From Octopus sinensis (lineage: Eukaryota), in assembly GCF_006345805.1 (NCBI RefSeq), contig NC_043006.1:70990001-71054000 (forward strand): a stretch of DNA of 64,000 nucleotides. The letters are read 5' to 3'. The position numbers were made by a program, and so were the translations under genes. Below the pieces are notes generated by a model. It saw only the letters and a list, made by a program, of their open reading frames with translations, did no database searches and was not told the DNA's origin. Positions 40,187 through 50,055 of the stretch are shown here, piece after piece (within the stretch, counting starts at the first letter, position 1; each line of letters begins with the position of its first letter).

Positions 40187-43100
40187 TCACTACCTGGAAT
40201 TGAACTTGGAATCTTGGGGTTAGTAGCCCACTCTTAACCACTACACCAACAAACAAGATGAAGACAAATATCCATCAAATGTAAATAATGTACATAATTC
40301 CTCATCTCTTAAATATAGAACTGAATAACTAAATATAGTTTAGAAGTAGAATATTTTAGTCTACCTTTTTACTGTGAGCAAAAAAACAGTTATATGAAGC
40401 CAGTGAGGGAGTCTGCTATGTAGTTGCTTGACCTGATACAAATAACAGCCACTCTCCCTCAAAACACACCCCACTGAATAATGTAGTCCTAGATACAGCA
40501 TGGACATGGTCAGAAGCAATGCCTCAAAGTTGACCTCAGATCGAAAGCAACAAAGAAGAACTGGCAATCCCATACTACAGTATTAACCCTTTAGCATTCA
40601 AATCACTCCGACAAATGTAAAGCATATTTATTCATATTGTTTCGAATCAATCATGTATTGTCTCCTAGATTTGAGATAATTTTATCTCATCGTAATGGCA
40701 TTGTAGGGTAGGTGTCAGAGGTTAGATCAGGCCAGTTTGAACATAGAAACAGAAAGCATATTTTGGCTGGATATAGCCGATTTAAATGCACAAACCAGAA
40801 TCAATTACAAACATGGATACCAAATTTTCTGAAGAACAGCAGTATCAGCATTTAAACCAGCCACATCTACCTCAAATATTTTACATGATTTATGTTAAAA
40901 CTGGTCAGATTCTACCTCTCACACCGACCCTACAGTGTCATTCTAAGCATAATTAATCACATCATTGAAATCTTGAATCTGAGATAAAGCAAGATAAACT
41001 ATTTAACATTCAGATTACTTTATCAAATATGCTTATTTATTCACATAGTTTTGAATTAATCATGTTTTATCTTGTAGTTTCAAGGCACTCGTGCTGGTAG
41101 CACATAATAAGCACCACTCAAGCATGGTCATTGCCAGTGGCATGTAAAAGCACCCACTACATTCTCAGAGTAGTTGGCATTAGGAAGGGCATCCAGGTGT
41201 AGAAACTTTGCCAGATCAGACTGGAGCCTAGTGCAGCCTTCTAGCTCGCTAGCCCACAAACTGTCCAACCCATGCCAGCATGGAAAACAGACGTTAAACG
41301 ATGATGATGATGAATGACACTGTAAGGTAAGTGTGGAAGGCCAGGTTAGGCTGGTTTGAACTTAAAACAGATAGAATATTTTAGGCCAGATATGACTAGT
41401 TTAAATGCTAAAGGGCAAATTAAAAACAATGTGAATATATAAACATGACATTTGACAGAGTAATCAGAATGCTAAAGAGCTTGGAATGGAAAATAAGAGA
41501 ACCAGTCTGGGAGTCTCAAAAACAACCCAGTGGAGTCATTACAATATTGGATCAAACAATATCACAATTCTTAAATTATGTATTTTATTCAATTACATGT
41601 TATATACCCTTTAGCATTTAAACCAGCCAGAGAATATTCTACCTGCTTTAATTTTAAACCAACCAGATGTGGCTTCTCATATCATCATCATTTAACATCC
41701 GTTGTCCATGCTGGCATGGGTTCAACGGTTTGATCAGGGCTGGAAAGCTGAAAGGCTACACCAGACTCCAGTTTGTTTTGGCATGGTTTTCTACAGCTGG
41801 ATGCCCTTCCTAATGCCAACCACTCCAAGTGTGTAATGGGTGCTTTCACGTGCCACAGGCACGGGTGCCATTTGTGTGACACTGGTATCTGCCACAACTG
41901 CGATTTTACTTGGCTTGATGGGTCTTCTCAAGTACAGCATAATACCAAATGGACTTAGTCATTGCCTCTGTGTGGCCCAACAAACAAAGCCCAGCATAAT
42001 ACCAAATGGTCTTGGTCCTTGCCTCCATGAGGCCCAATGCTCAAAAGGTGCTTATACCCAATAATGTCATTCTAATAATAAACAATCACATCACTGAAAT
42101 CTCTAAGCTATGAAATAGTGCATGATCAATTCAAGATAATACAAATACATAAGGACAGAGTAATCCAAATGATAAAGGGTTAAAAAAAAAACCTTCAAAT
42201 TTTGGTACAAGGTCAGCAGTTTTTGGTGAGGAGGGAGTCGGTCGATACCTTGATCCCAGTACTTGATTGCTACTTTATTTTATAGTAAATACAAAGTTGA
42301 CCTCAACAAGATTTGAACTCAGGATAATAAGGGTCAGAATAAATGCAAAAGTGCTGCAAAACATTTTGTACCACGTGCTGACGATTCTGCCAGCTCATTC
42401 CCGTATTCCATCCAACCAAATTTACTGCCTACTGTTCCAGGGAGAGTCATGGGAGTAGAGCCCAGACACTTCCCCCATAGGGTCCTATCAGACATAACCA
42501 TCATTATACTCATGTGCTGGATTCCCAAGTGTGACCAACTAATTATCCAACCGTCACATTCTTGGTCAGCTCCTAAGTCTCCTGCCAGTTGGCTCAACTT
42601 GAAGAACCTGTCTTGTGATTCTTCCCTACAGCATTCCAATGACATTTTTATTCTTATAGATTACAACCATGCAAATCTAATGCCTTGAAGAGTTTTTAGT
42701 CAAATGAATTGACCCCAGTGCTCATTCTTTTTTTAAAGCCTGGGACTTATTCTATCAGTCACTTTTGCCAAACCACGAAGTTACAGGGACATAAACACAC
42801 CAACACTGGTTGTCAAGCAGTGACTCAAAGACGCACACATATGATGGGCTTCTTTCAGTTTCTGTCAACCAAATCCACTCACAAAGCTTTGGTTGGCCTG
42901 ATGCTATAATAGAAGATACTGAACCTGGAACCATATGGTTGGGGAAGCAAGCTTCTTACAGCACAGCCACACTTGCGCCTATGTCCATAATGCCAGATCT
43001 GTACCCTCTCAATGAAGTGAAGTAGCCACTGAACCTGGAGAGACTCTTTGATCAGCAAGCTATTCATCCACTGAGTAATGTTACTCCAGAGATTCTTTGG

Positions 43101-46100
43101 AGGAGCCCCACTCGTTTGTACCTTAAAACAATGATGTTCATGTTTGTATTATATTCTATTATTCTGATTTTTGTTTGAATTTTCTTTGGAGTTTTATGGC
43201 CATAATATGAAGGATCTCTGGAGAATGTATGCCAGTGTTACCCAAACTTTTAACAAGCATAGCATCTTTTACAAGCCCAAGCTTTCAAAAGTGTTATTTA
43301 ATAAATTGTTTAAACAGCAATAAAACGTTTTCTCAGCTTCAACTTTCAATTGCACAATATACCTAACTGAATGAATTATATATATAAGAATGAAAACTTT
43401 ATTTTGAACACAGTTAATGGACCACCTTGGAGGTGAAGAGCAGAAAAGGAAAGGATAACGTTACTGAGGAGAGGGTAACAATGTTATGCTTTCAGAAAAT
43501 TTTTTTATTTAAAAATTGTAATTTTTGATGTATGAAACACAGGAATTAATAAGAAAGCGAGAGAGGGAGAAGACAACCCAATTCCTTTCTAATGAGATAA
43601 GTAGCTTCTGATTGATGTCCACCCACCACTTTGTTTCCTCATAATTTTCTGAAATATACATATCTTTAAATGAAGATTTTGCAGAGAAGCATTTCCAAGA
43701 GTGTAGATTATGATTATATTGATAATATTATTAACCCTTTAGCATCACCTATGCTAGTATGGAAGGCAGATGTTAAACAATGATGATGACGATGATGATT
43801 ACTCTGTCAAAGGCTATACTTAATCACATTGTTTTGAATTAATGATACATTATCTCATAGCTTCAAGATTTTAATGATGTGACTGTCTTATTCTTATAAT
43901 GACATTATAAGTGGGAAAGGCTGGATCTGGTCTGCTGGAACATAAAACAGGTAGAATATTTTGCCTGGATATGGATGGTTATGATGGTGAGCTGGTAAAA
44001 TTGTCAGTGCATCAGTGAAAATGCTTCTGGATCTTCATGTTCTGAGTTCAAATTCCACTAAGACTGACTTTGCCTTTCATCTTTTAGGGTCAATGCAGTA
44101 AACTAAACCCCTTCTCTAAAACTGCTCACTTTATGCCAATATTTAGAACCGTTATTATTAAGGCAGGATGCTACTGGAATTGTTCACAGGTTGGATAGAT
44201 TGCTTTGGTGGCATTTGTTCTAGTTCTTTACATTCTGAGTTCAAATTCTGCTGAGGTCGACTTTGCTTTCATCATTTTGGGGGTCAATAAAATAACTACC
44301 AGTTAAGCACTGGAGTTGATGTAATTTGAGTTAATTCTTCCCCCTAAAAGAGCTGGCCTTATGCCAAAATTTGAAACCATTTAGGCGGTAAGCTGGCAGA
44401 ATTGTTAGTGTATCAAGCAAAAAGCTTAGCGGAATTTTGTCTGATTTTTGAGTTCAAATTCCACCAAGGTCAACTTAGCTTTTCATTCTTTAGGGGTCAA
44501 TCAAATAAGTACTAACTGAGCACTGGAGTTGATGTAATAAACTAACTCACTTTACCTAAAATTGGTCTTGTGCCAAAATTAGAATTATTAGTATCTGATA
44601 GATTAAATCGACCTCGAAGGAATTTTCTTTGTTCTGAGTTCTAATTCCACCGAGGTCAACATTGCCTTTCATCCTTTCAGGGTCAATGAAATGGGCGGAA
44701 GTCAAGAATACACACACTACCCTGTTTTCTGTGACCCCTAACCCTAAATACCGGGTGTGCTTATTCTTTACCTTCGCCTAATGAAATGAGTACCAGTGGA
44801 ACACTGGGGTCGATGTAATCGATTAGTCCTCTACCCCCAAAATTTCAGTAAAAATGATTAATTAGTTTCTGATTATTCCACGCTTCCAGACTTTTGTTTC
44901 CCCATAATTTTCTTTCGAATGCATATTTTTTATATGAAATTTTGCAAACGCACCTTTTCGAAAATATAGATTAAATAATACTGATATTTTAAACACACAA
45001 ATCTGTTTTTTAAAAAAAAACTGAAAAATGCTAAAGTCAGGGTAATTGATGACAACAAAATCTGGCGGACGGAGAACGATTCGAAACTCCGCCACCACCA
45101 ACCCACAAAAAAAAAAACCCTTTCGAAAATGTTATCTCTGCAAAATTCATTTAAAAATATGCGTTTTTATTTTTAAAATTATGATGAAAAGAAGTCAAAG
45201 TTCAGTAAGCTCTAGAATTTCCGAAACTCCACCAGTTTGTGTATATACGCAGTTACAAAAATATATTTCTTAAAATTATACTCGAATTCCAATTATCTGC
45301 AATAAGAAACAAGCGTACTTCACTCTTGACCACTTAATATATCGATCAAAGAAAAATAATTTTCATATAATATATAAAATGGTGAACTGGATTTCCTATT
45401 ACAACGTTTTACTAAATTGTAATTTTTTTTTAATATATTAATTACAATGATGGTCAATTTTTGGAATAGCTATAACTACCTTATCGGAGAAGCTTAAGGG
45501 TAACTCTTTACTATTATACCCGTCCCACTTTGAGGATGAGGGATCGATCTCAAAGAATGAGTGATTTCCGATTTTTTTTTTCTTCCTGGTCAGGTTCATT
45601 TAAGACATCAAACCCAATAGGGAAAACATGAATTTCACTTTCAAAGTGAGAATATAGAGGATTGAAATTTGGGCGAAAAAGTTTCATCAGAATTGTAATT
45701 CCTTTTGTATGAAATATAGGAATCGTAAAAATGAAGGGTGGGGGGGGAAAAAAAACAACAATTCTATTCACGGTTGAATAGAATTGAAATAACATGACAG
45801 CAAATAACTTTAATCCCGAATGAGTGCGTTTATGGGGCAATTTTAACGCTTACAAATTGCATATTTTTGTTTTTGACAGCAGCTGAGACCTCGTGGAAGA
45901 AAAGGGGGCGATGCTATAACGCTACCGTGAGGGAGTTAACCGGGAGGGAAACGTATCTTTGTGAACAGACAGACACATATATATAAGTCCCGGTGGGGGT
46001 TATAGAGATGTCGCGAAATATTGCGGGTATATTGGACCCGCCTATAATTTTTTTAAAGAGTGAGTGAATTACCACAAAATTGATTTTGGTGAATAACTTA

Positions 46101-46605
46101 AAGGTGTCTATATTTTTGTACGAGTATGTGTGTGTGCGTATGTATGTATGTATATATATATATATTTATATATATACACACATACAAGAATGTACATTCG
46201 TAGTTAGAGAAAGTGAAAGAAATCGCAGCTATACGAATATTTAAATATGACGTAGTTAAGATGTTAAGCCTTACATATGCAAAAACGTGCGTATATTATA
46301 TCAGTTATTCCTATGTGAATGTGTGGAATGTATATAACTGTATAGGTAGGTGTATTACCTCTAAATTCCGGCGTGAGAAACAAAGTCTGCAAGAGAGAAT
46401 TCAAGTAGCAGGTGGCTCCTTGGTTGCCAAGTCCAGCCAGACGGCATTGCGGCCGTGCTAGAGGCGGTGGTGAAGTCACTGACGGAGCTTTCAGTTCGGT
46501 ATCACCCGAAGTTGAACCACCCGAACAAGATATATGTTGTTGATTAGGGGTATGTGTTTCCTGCGGGTTTTGATAGCTTTCTTCATCGAATAAGTTTCCA
46601 AACAT
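1476..46605 (-). CDS. USP40: Ubiquitin carboxyl-terminal hydrolase 40 (USP40), spliced, 22 coding exons in window, 3'-incomplete
   Basis: Joined exons read MFGNLFDEE...[34 protein letters not shown]...[12 protein letters not shown]...[25 protein letters not shown]...[12 protein letters not shown]...WFDFDDS...[11 protein letters not shown], colinear with vertebrate USP40 as I recall it. All junctions are GT-AG with compatible phases. Confidence 0.96.
1727..1888. mobile_element. hAT-type MITE
   Basis: 8-bp TSD CTGTAAAC (1719-1726 / 1889-1896); CAG start, ggttgagaacca end. Confidence 0.75.
2030..2280 (-). mobile_element. CR1-type LINE 3' end
   Basis: [28 protein letters not shown]. Confidence 0.7.
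3772..3816 (-). CDS. USP40: USP40 coding exon 21
   Basis: ccacag|[15 protein letters not shown]|gtaagt, 45 nt. Confidence 0.8.
4611..4746. repeat. Inverted repeat: 63-bp arms, 10-nt loop
   Basis: 4611-4673 vs 4684-4746, 3 mismatches, no indels. Confidence 0.92.
4970..5039 (-). CDS. USP40: USP40 coding exon 20
   Basis: [23 protein letters not shown]|gtgagt, 70 nt, phase fits exon 19. Confidence 0.85.
6325..6582. mobile_element. hAT-like MITE
   Basis: Inverted ends gtccccaacca / tggttgggggc; related decayed copy at ~58630-59030. Confidence 0.55.
6630..6753 (-). CDS. USP40: USP40 coding exon 19
   Basis: (G)[40 protein letters not shown](G), 124 nt. Confidence 0.88.
6846..7360 (-). mobile_element. 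Second Helitron piece, head-to-tail with the first
   Basis: Same 5' end A|TCTAATATAATAAATGC at 7360; 7100-7360 resembles 8790-9035; the [13 protein letters not shown] segment resembles RepHel; CTAG|T at 6849-6846 without a clear hairpin. Confidence 0.55.
7379..9035 (-). mobile_element. Helitron deletion derivative with RepHel N-terminal ORF
   Basis: 5' A|TCTAATATAATAAATGC at 9035; 3' hairpin + CTAG|T at 7382-7379; internal ORF 7769-7410 with 23-aa repeats. Confidence 0.75.
7410..7769 (-). CDS. 119-aa ORF with STPR-like 23-aa repeats (Helitron-derived; expression unknown)
   Basis: [23 protein letters not shown] / [23 protein letters not shown] / [23 protein letters not shown] / [14 protein letters not shown]; ATG to TAA uninterrupted. 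Confidence 0.5.
   Translation of the reverse strand: MPCKNKSPPTEHQIAIKRTKTAARKRKSHANENLGQTAARRSSNAENMQILRDSQTLDQAASRRASNALTKRRESILETPEQAESRRASNVATMRRVRDSESLEQSETRRASNVVQELA
9347..9536 (-). CDS. USP40: USP40 coding exon 18
   Basis: [63 protein letters not shown], 190 nt. Confidence 0.9.
11148..11221 (-). CDS. USP40: USP40 coding exon 17
   Basis: (A)[24 protein letters not shown], 74 nt. Confidence 0.92.
12145..12235 (-). CDS. USP40: USP40 coding exon 16
   Basis: [30 protein letters not shown], 91 nt. Confidence 0.9.
13254..13422 (-). CDS. USP40: USP40 coding exon 15
   Basis: [56 protein letters not shown], 169 nt. Confidence 0.94.
14686..14767 (-). CDS. USP40: USP40 coding exon 14
   Basis: (A)[26 protein letters not shown](R), 82 nt. 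Confidence 0.92.
15964..16190. mobile_element. TTAA-type (piggyBac-like) MITE
   Basis: taacctttttgttacc ... gtaatgaaagggttaa. Confidence 0.55.
16443..16642 (-). CDS. USP40: USP40 coding exon 13 (end of catalytic domain)
   Basis: [10 protein letters not shown]...[44 protein letters not shown], 200 nt. Confidence 0.96.
16730..17105 (+). mobile_element. RTE ORF C-terminus plus its 3'UTR
   Basis: [18 protein letters not shown]... runs directly into the abundant gttggcattgggaagggcatccagcc...ccaacccatgccagcatgg repeat. Confidence 0.8.
17373..17645 (+). mobile_element. Non-autonomous Helitron (273 bp)
   Basis: A|TCTATATATATAAAGCTG start; GC hairpin agcccgagcaacgctgggct (17616-17635); CTAG|T end. 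Confidence 0.8.
18461..18681 (-). CDS. USP40: USP40 coding exon 12 (Ser/Thr-rich insert)
   Basis: [23 protein letters not shown]...GLSSNS, 221 nt, ends phase 2. Confidence 0.9.
19095..19163 (-). CDS. USP40: USP40 coding exon 11
   Basis: [23 protein letters not shown], 69 nt. Confidence 0.95.
19489..19653 (+). mobile_element. 5'-truncated copy of the hammerhead-motif element
   Basis: gacac CTGATGA a ggctg...cagcc aaaac attgtgtt (19526-19571), followed by the same 3' end ...ctcttaaatatagaactg. Confidence 0.78.
20710..20889 (-). CDS. USP40: USP40 coding exon 10
   Basis: CKEVVVHQ...[26 protein letters not shown]|gtaagt; an in-frame alternative acceptor 6 nt downstream (exon start 20883) is possible. 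Confidence 0.88.
20982..21434. mobile_element. Inverted composite of a tRNA-headed, hammerhead-motif element (Penelope-type non-autonomous)
   Basis: Minus copy: A box 21186-21176, B box GTTCGATTCC 21141-21132, hammerhead motif 21058-21013. Plus copy 21190-21434. Flanked by AACTT(A/G)GTTAA (20971-20981 / 21436-21446). Confidence 0.8.
21013..21058 (-). ncRNA. Minimal type I hammerhead ribozyme motif (G12A variant, probably inactive)
   Basis: GACAC-CUGAAGA-A-GGCUG(GAGAGUAUAU)CAGCC-AAAA-CG-UU-GUGUU: stem I 5 bp, stem II 5 bp, palindromic stem III (AACGUU), NUH = GUU. Confidence 0.7.
21523..21789 (+). mobile_element. RTE-type LINE 3' fragment (second family)
   Basis: [21 protein letters not shown]...[15 protein letters not shown]...ARDRNKWR. 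Confidence 0.8.
22065..22190 (-). CDS. USP40: USP40 coding exon 9 (His box)
   Basis: [42 protein letters not shown]; catalytic His codon 22118-22116. Confidence 0.97.
22362..22448. repeat. (AAT)n(ATT)n self-complementary microsatellite
   Basis: Strand switch at 22404/22405. Confidence 0.9.
23411..23467 (-). CDS. USP40: USP40 coding exon 8
   Basis: [19 protein letters not shown], 57 nt. Confidence 0.94.
24320..24708. mobile_element. MITE with inverted TGTCC/GGACA subterminal repeats
   Basis: tcactttgtccacaccttttcgtcc...ttttttgtccaa mirrored by ttggacaaaaaaa...gatgaaaagatgtggacaatgtga. Confidence 0.6.
25279..25365 (-). CDS. USP40: USP40 coding exon 7
   Basis: [29 protein letters not shown], 87 nt. 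Confidence 0.96.
26292..26441 (-). CDS. USP40: USP40 coding exon 6
   Basis: [50 protein letters not shown], 150 nt. Confidence 0.96.
26740..28300. repeat. ~33-bp (33-35) minisatellite, ~45 units, CRE-palindrome core
   Basis: Consensus ATGTCAATATGACGTCATCGATAGAAAAGTCTT; explains the 11-aa periodic ORFs in the track. Confidence 0.95.
28397..28435 (-). CDS. USP40: USP40 coding exon 5 (39-nt mini-exon, CxxC)
   Basis: atcag|[13 protein letters not shown]|gtaagt; fills the gap expected between exons 4 and 6. Confidence 0.93.
28801..30300 (+). pseudogene. piggyBac-family (PGBD4-like) transposase fossil
   Basis: Frameshifted reading: MSSDSEF...[18 protein letters not shown]...[11 protein letters not shown]...YDSLYKIRP...DEGM...RQYMPGKP...GIKV...YDVV...[22 protein letters not shown]...KYCIIC; many stops. 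Confidence 0.8.
31786..32262 (-). mobile_element. Non-autonomous Helitron of the same family
   Basis: 3' end ttaaaagccacc-agaaag-ggtggcttttaa-gCTAG|T, sharing caggagctag with the 7379 copy; 5' end related but decayed. Confidence 0.65.
32947..33072 (-). CDS. USP40: USP40 coding exon 4 (QHDVQE motif)
   Basis: [42 protein letters not shown], 126 nt. Confidence 0.97.
33490..34030. mobile_element. hAT-type MITE with internal ~150-bp duplication
   Basis: 8-bp TSD GTGTAAAC (33482-33489 / 34031-34038); TIRs CAGTGGCCCTCAACT / AGTTGGGAACCAATG. Confidence 0.8.
34119..34232 (-). CDS. USP40: USP40 coding exon 3
   Basis: [38 protein letters not shown], 114 nt, ag/gtaag. Confidence 0.96.
34424..34790 (+). 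mobile_element. tRNA-derived SINE family 1 (representative near-full copy)
   Basis: gcgcaggagtggctgtgtgg...ggttccggg...aaatga(t/c)tgaaacaagtaaaag; other copies at ~60-435(-), 13494-13870(+), 37371-37720(+), 42690-42985(-), 47990-48372(-), 48512-48880(+), 52900-53300(+), 56060-56445(-). Confidence 0.85.
36028..36310. repeat. 283-bp near-perfect palindrome
   Basis: Arms ~140 bp, centre 36168/36169, 3 single-nt indels + 1 substitution. Confidence 0.95.
38936..39003 (-). CDS. USP40: USP40 coding exon 2
   Basis: cttccag|(E)[22 protein letters not shown]|gtaaac, 68 nt. Confidence 0.95.
39105..39340 (-). mobile_element. tRNA-derived SINE family 2 (representative)
   Basis: ggcggcgagctggcagaaacgttagc...ttctgagttcaaattccaccgaggtcgac...; copies at ~3355-3560, 11275-11485, 22215-23340, 43990-44850, 48935-49280, 54465-54615. 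Confidence 0.85.
40031..40324. mobile_element. Second inverted composite of the hammerhead-motif element
   Basis: Minus copy with CTGATGA...GAAAC (40107-40077), (AAT)n and tRNA-like head, joined to a plus-strand 3' fragment; 13-bp direct repeat ATAACTAAATATA at 40018-40030 and 40325-40337. Confidence 0.82.
40583..42183. mobile_element. Cluster of TTAA/CCCTTTAGCATT MITE fragments in alternating orientation, interrupted by RTE 3'UTRs
   Basis: ttaaccctttagcattc at 40583, inverted and partial copies to aaagggttaa at 42183; further copies at ~43731-43980 and 59729-60303. Confidence 0.65.
46359..46605 (-). CDS. USP40: USP40 coding exon 1 (ATG to Cys box)
   Basis: ATG 46605-46603; MFGNLFDEE...[23 protein letters not shown]; catalytic Cys codon 46410-46408; donor G|GTAATA, phase 1; an upstream acceptor (ttcttcgaag) at 46642 implies a 5'UTR intron. 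Confidence 0.97.
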
Positions 46606-46839
46606 GGTTACGTTAAATTTCGGCGTCCAAGTCAACTCCGACTTCGAAGAAATTAAAAAAAACAAGTGTTGTTTTCTTTGGAGTTTAGGATGGTTGGTTA
46701 GGGAGAAGAAATATAATTCACTTCCACTAATTTATATTTCAGAAAGAGTAATAAAACTGTCTGTTATGTATACATATATGTATATGTATATAATAAATAT
46801 ACAATATGCTATAGTTTATATACAATATGTTGTGTATAT

Positions 46840-47090
46840 ATGGTCAACGGTTGAGAGGCCTTTGGCGTATCAAGCCGGGCTCGTTGGGTCATAAAAGCTG
46901 GTGAGGACCCAAGCGGAAAGAGTAAACGAAGCCGCTGCAGGGAGAGAAAGGATGAAAGACTGGCCAACATGAACAGACATTTACTTTAACATCTAGAAAC
47001 GCCATCTTTTACTTGGCAAGGAGCCGGAAGTGTATTTTAGCAGCATGAGCAAGTCCGCAGAAAATTCCAGCGTGATTCGTGTATATATAT
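46840..47090 (-). promoter_or_regulatory. Probable USP40 proximal promoter / non-coding first exon
   Basis: Locally CpG-rich; YY1-type CGCCATCTT at 47000-47008 (AAGATGGCG on gene strand), ETS-type CCGGAAGT at 47024-47031; candidate donor gtaaat at 46984. Confidence 0.6.
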
Positions 47091-47249
47091 ACATGTAAAT
47101 ATATAGTTGTTTTTCATTTTTTTTTCCAGCGTCAAAATTCTTCTTCGCAGATATAAGATGGAATAAAAAAAGATCTTGAAAGTTCTTTATAATAAAAACT
47201 AAAGAACAGCGTATCTATGATATGTACACACACACCATCATTATCATTA

Positions 47250-47800
47250 TCATCATCCTCCGCCTCCATCTCATCATCATCGTTTAACGTCCGCTTTCTA
47301 AGCTGGCATGGGTTGGACGGTTTGACATGAGAGCTGGCTAACAAGGAGCTGTCCAGGCTCCAGTTGTCTGTTGTGGCATGGTTTCTACGGCTGGATGCCC
47401 TTCGTAACGCCAACCACTTAACAGAGTGCGCCAGATATTTTTACATGACACAGGAGGCACAGGTGCGTTTAAACAGTACCGGCACAGGCGATTTTTATCT
47501 GGAACCAGTACATGAAAGGACAAACCTATATGTGTGGAGGATGGCAATTTTACTTAGCTTGACATGTCTCCAATTCCCTTGTTATTTCCTCAGTGAGGCC
47601 CAGCATTTGAAGGATGATCCTTTCTCACCACTTCGTCCCACATCTTCCTAAGTCTACACCTCCGCAATTAGAGCTCGGCACTTCTTTACACAGATGCCCT
47701 CATCCATATGCAACATATGACCAAACCAGTACAGTCTTCTCTCTTGCACACAACATCTGATGCCTCTTATACCCAGTTTTACTCTTATGCATGCACACTG
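47250..47800 (-). mobile_element. RTE ORF C-terminus plus 3'UTR with (GAT)n tail
   Basis: Same organisation as 16730-17105, opposite strand. Confidence 0.8.
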
Positions 47801-49724
47801 CTATTACCCATCCAGCAGAACATGCAAGCTTCATTTCTTTCAAGCCTTCACAAGTCCTCTGCAGTCATGAAGCCTTTAAAGAAATTAAATTAGCATGCTC
47901 CACTGGATGGCCAATGTTAGTGTCCATGCACAACACACTGTAAATTATTTAAGAGGTAAACACACACACACACATATATATATATTTACTCTTTTACTTG
48001 TTTCAGTCATTTGACTGTGGCCATGCTGGAGCACCGCCTTTAGTTGAGCAAATTGACCTCAGGACTTTGTAAGCCTAGTACTTATTCTATTGGTGTATTT
48101 TGCCGAACCTCTAAGTTACGGGGATGCATTAATTGCCAAGCAATGTTGGGAGTCAAACACCGACACACAAACATATACACACACATACATATATATACAT
48201 ATATACGACGGGCTTCCTTCAGTTTCCGTCTACCAAATCCACTCACAAGGCTTTGGTTGGCCCGAGGCTATAGTAGAAGACACTTGCCCAAGGTTCCATG
48301 CAGTGGGAATGAACCCAGAACCATGTGGTTGGTAAGCAAGCTTCTTACCACACAGCCACTCCTGCGCCTATGTTAGGTAACAATCTGATTATGTAACCTT
48401 GCACTCATCAGAGGTAGCCATTATAGAATGAAATATGGCAACAGCATTTCCCAGTGGTGCATTCTACATAGTCACCAAAGATTCACCACGGATATATGTG
48501 TATATATACAGGTGCAGGTGTGGCTGTGTGATAAGAAGCATGTTTCCCAACCATATGGTTCCAGGTTCAAACCCACTGCTTACACTTTGGGCAAGTGTCT
48601 TGTGAGTGGATTTGGTAGACGAAAACTGAAAGAAGCCTATCATATATCATATATATATATATGTATGTATGTATGTGTTTGTGTGTCTGTGTTTGAACTC
48701 CCGCCATCACTTGACAATCAGTGTTAGTGCGTTTATGTCCCCATAACTAAACAGTTCGGCAAAAGAGTCTAATAAGATAAGTACTAGGCTTACAAAGAAT
48801 AAATCCTGGGATCAACTTGTTCAACTAAAGGCAGTGTTCCAGCATGGCTGCACTCAAATGACTGAAACAAGTAAAAGAATAGAAGAAGAGAAAGTGAGAG
48901 AGTGAGACACACATACACACACATATATTCTTTTCTAATCTAGGCACAAGGCCTGAAATTTGCGGCGAGAGGGCTAGTTGATTAGATCAACCCCAATGCT
49001 AAACTAGTACTTAATTTATCGACCCTGAAAGGATGAAAGGCAAAGTTGACCTCGGCAGAATTTTTTTTTTTACTCTAGGCACAAGGCCTGAAATTTTGGG
49101 GGAGGGGACCAGTTGATTAGATCGACCCCAGTACATAACTGGTATTTAATTTATCAACTCCAAAATGACAAAAGGCAAAGTTGACTTCGGCTGGATTTGA
49201 ACACAGAACATAAAGACAGATGAAATACCACTAAGCATTTCGCCCTGCAGGCTAACGTTTCTGCCAGCTCACCACCTTAGACACACACACACACACATGT
49301 CATTACTGGAAATGTTTGGCCTTCATCAGTTGCTATTTAGTGACCTGAATCCAAGTCACTGGACAAAGTGCCATTTTCTGTGTCCCTGTGCCCCTGTCCT
49401 TCAATGTTTAATTCTGCTGAACATTGATTGATTAAACATGTTCCAGCAATGACCATCCCATCTTATATTCAGGAATAGTGTATCTAGGACTATATTATTC
49501 AATGTGTCTTTCCTTGTTGATATTGATGGTTATAGCTGGAACATCTTTAATATTCCAGCCATGACATTCCTATATTATATTGAGGCATAGTGTATCTAGG
49601 ACTACATTATCCAATGACTTACCTTGTTGATGTTGACTAGCTTCAGATGAATCCTGATCCAGCTGACCAATGGTCAAAGACATTCTAGATATTCATCCCA
49701 TCATTTTTTTTTATATTCAGACAT

Positions 49725-50055
49725 GTGAAGGTGCATGTCTTAGAGGTTACGGTATTCAGCTCATGGTCATAATGTTGTGAGTTCAATTCCCAGTACTGTA
49801 TTGTGTCCTTGAGCAAGACACTTTATTTCATGTTGCTCCAGTCCACTCAGCTGGCGAAAATGAGATGTACCTATAATTCAAACAGCCAGCCTTGTGGCAT
49901 TGTGTGTCATGCTGAATCTCCCTGAGAACTACATTCAGGGTCAATGTGTCTGTGGAGTACTCAGCCACTTGCATGTTAATTTCACAAGCAAGCTGTTCCA
50001 TTGATTAGATCAGCTACAACCCTCATCATCATAACTGACAGAGTGCCAGTTTTAA
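49725..50055 (+). mobile_element. tRNA-derived SINE family 3 (representative)
   Basis: ...gtgagttcaattccc...gtgtccttgagcaagacactttatttc...ccactcagctgg; copies at ~3046-3325, 9070-9300, 32470-32760, 51900-52220, 55670-55985. Confidence 0.75.

Noticed and set aside
47045-47180. Plus-strand ATG (MSKSAENSSVIR) suggesting a head-to-head gene
   Set aside because: Stops within ~20 codons in all plausible splice phases; no downstream plus-strand exons found.
48380-48420. CTGATGA on the minus strand as another hammerhead (also ~49310-49335, 45686)
   Set aside because: No GAAA with closing stem II and stems I/III; 49.3 kb is at best a heavily decayed relic.
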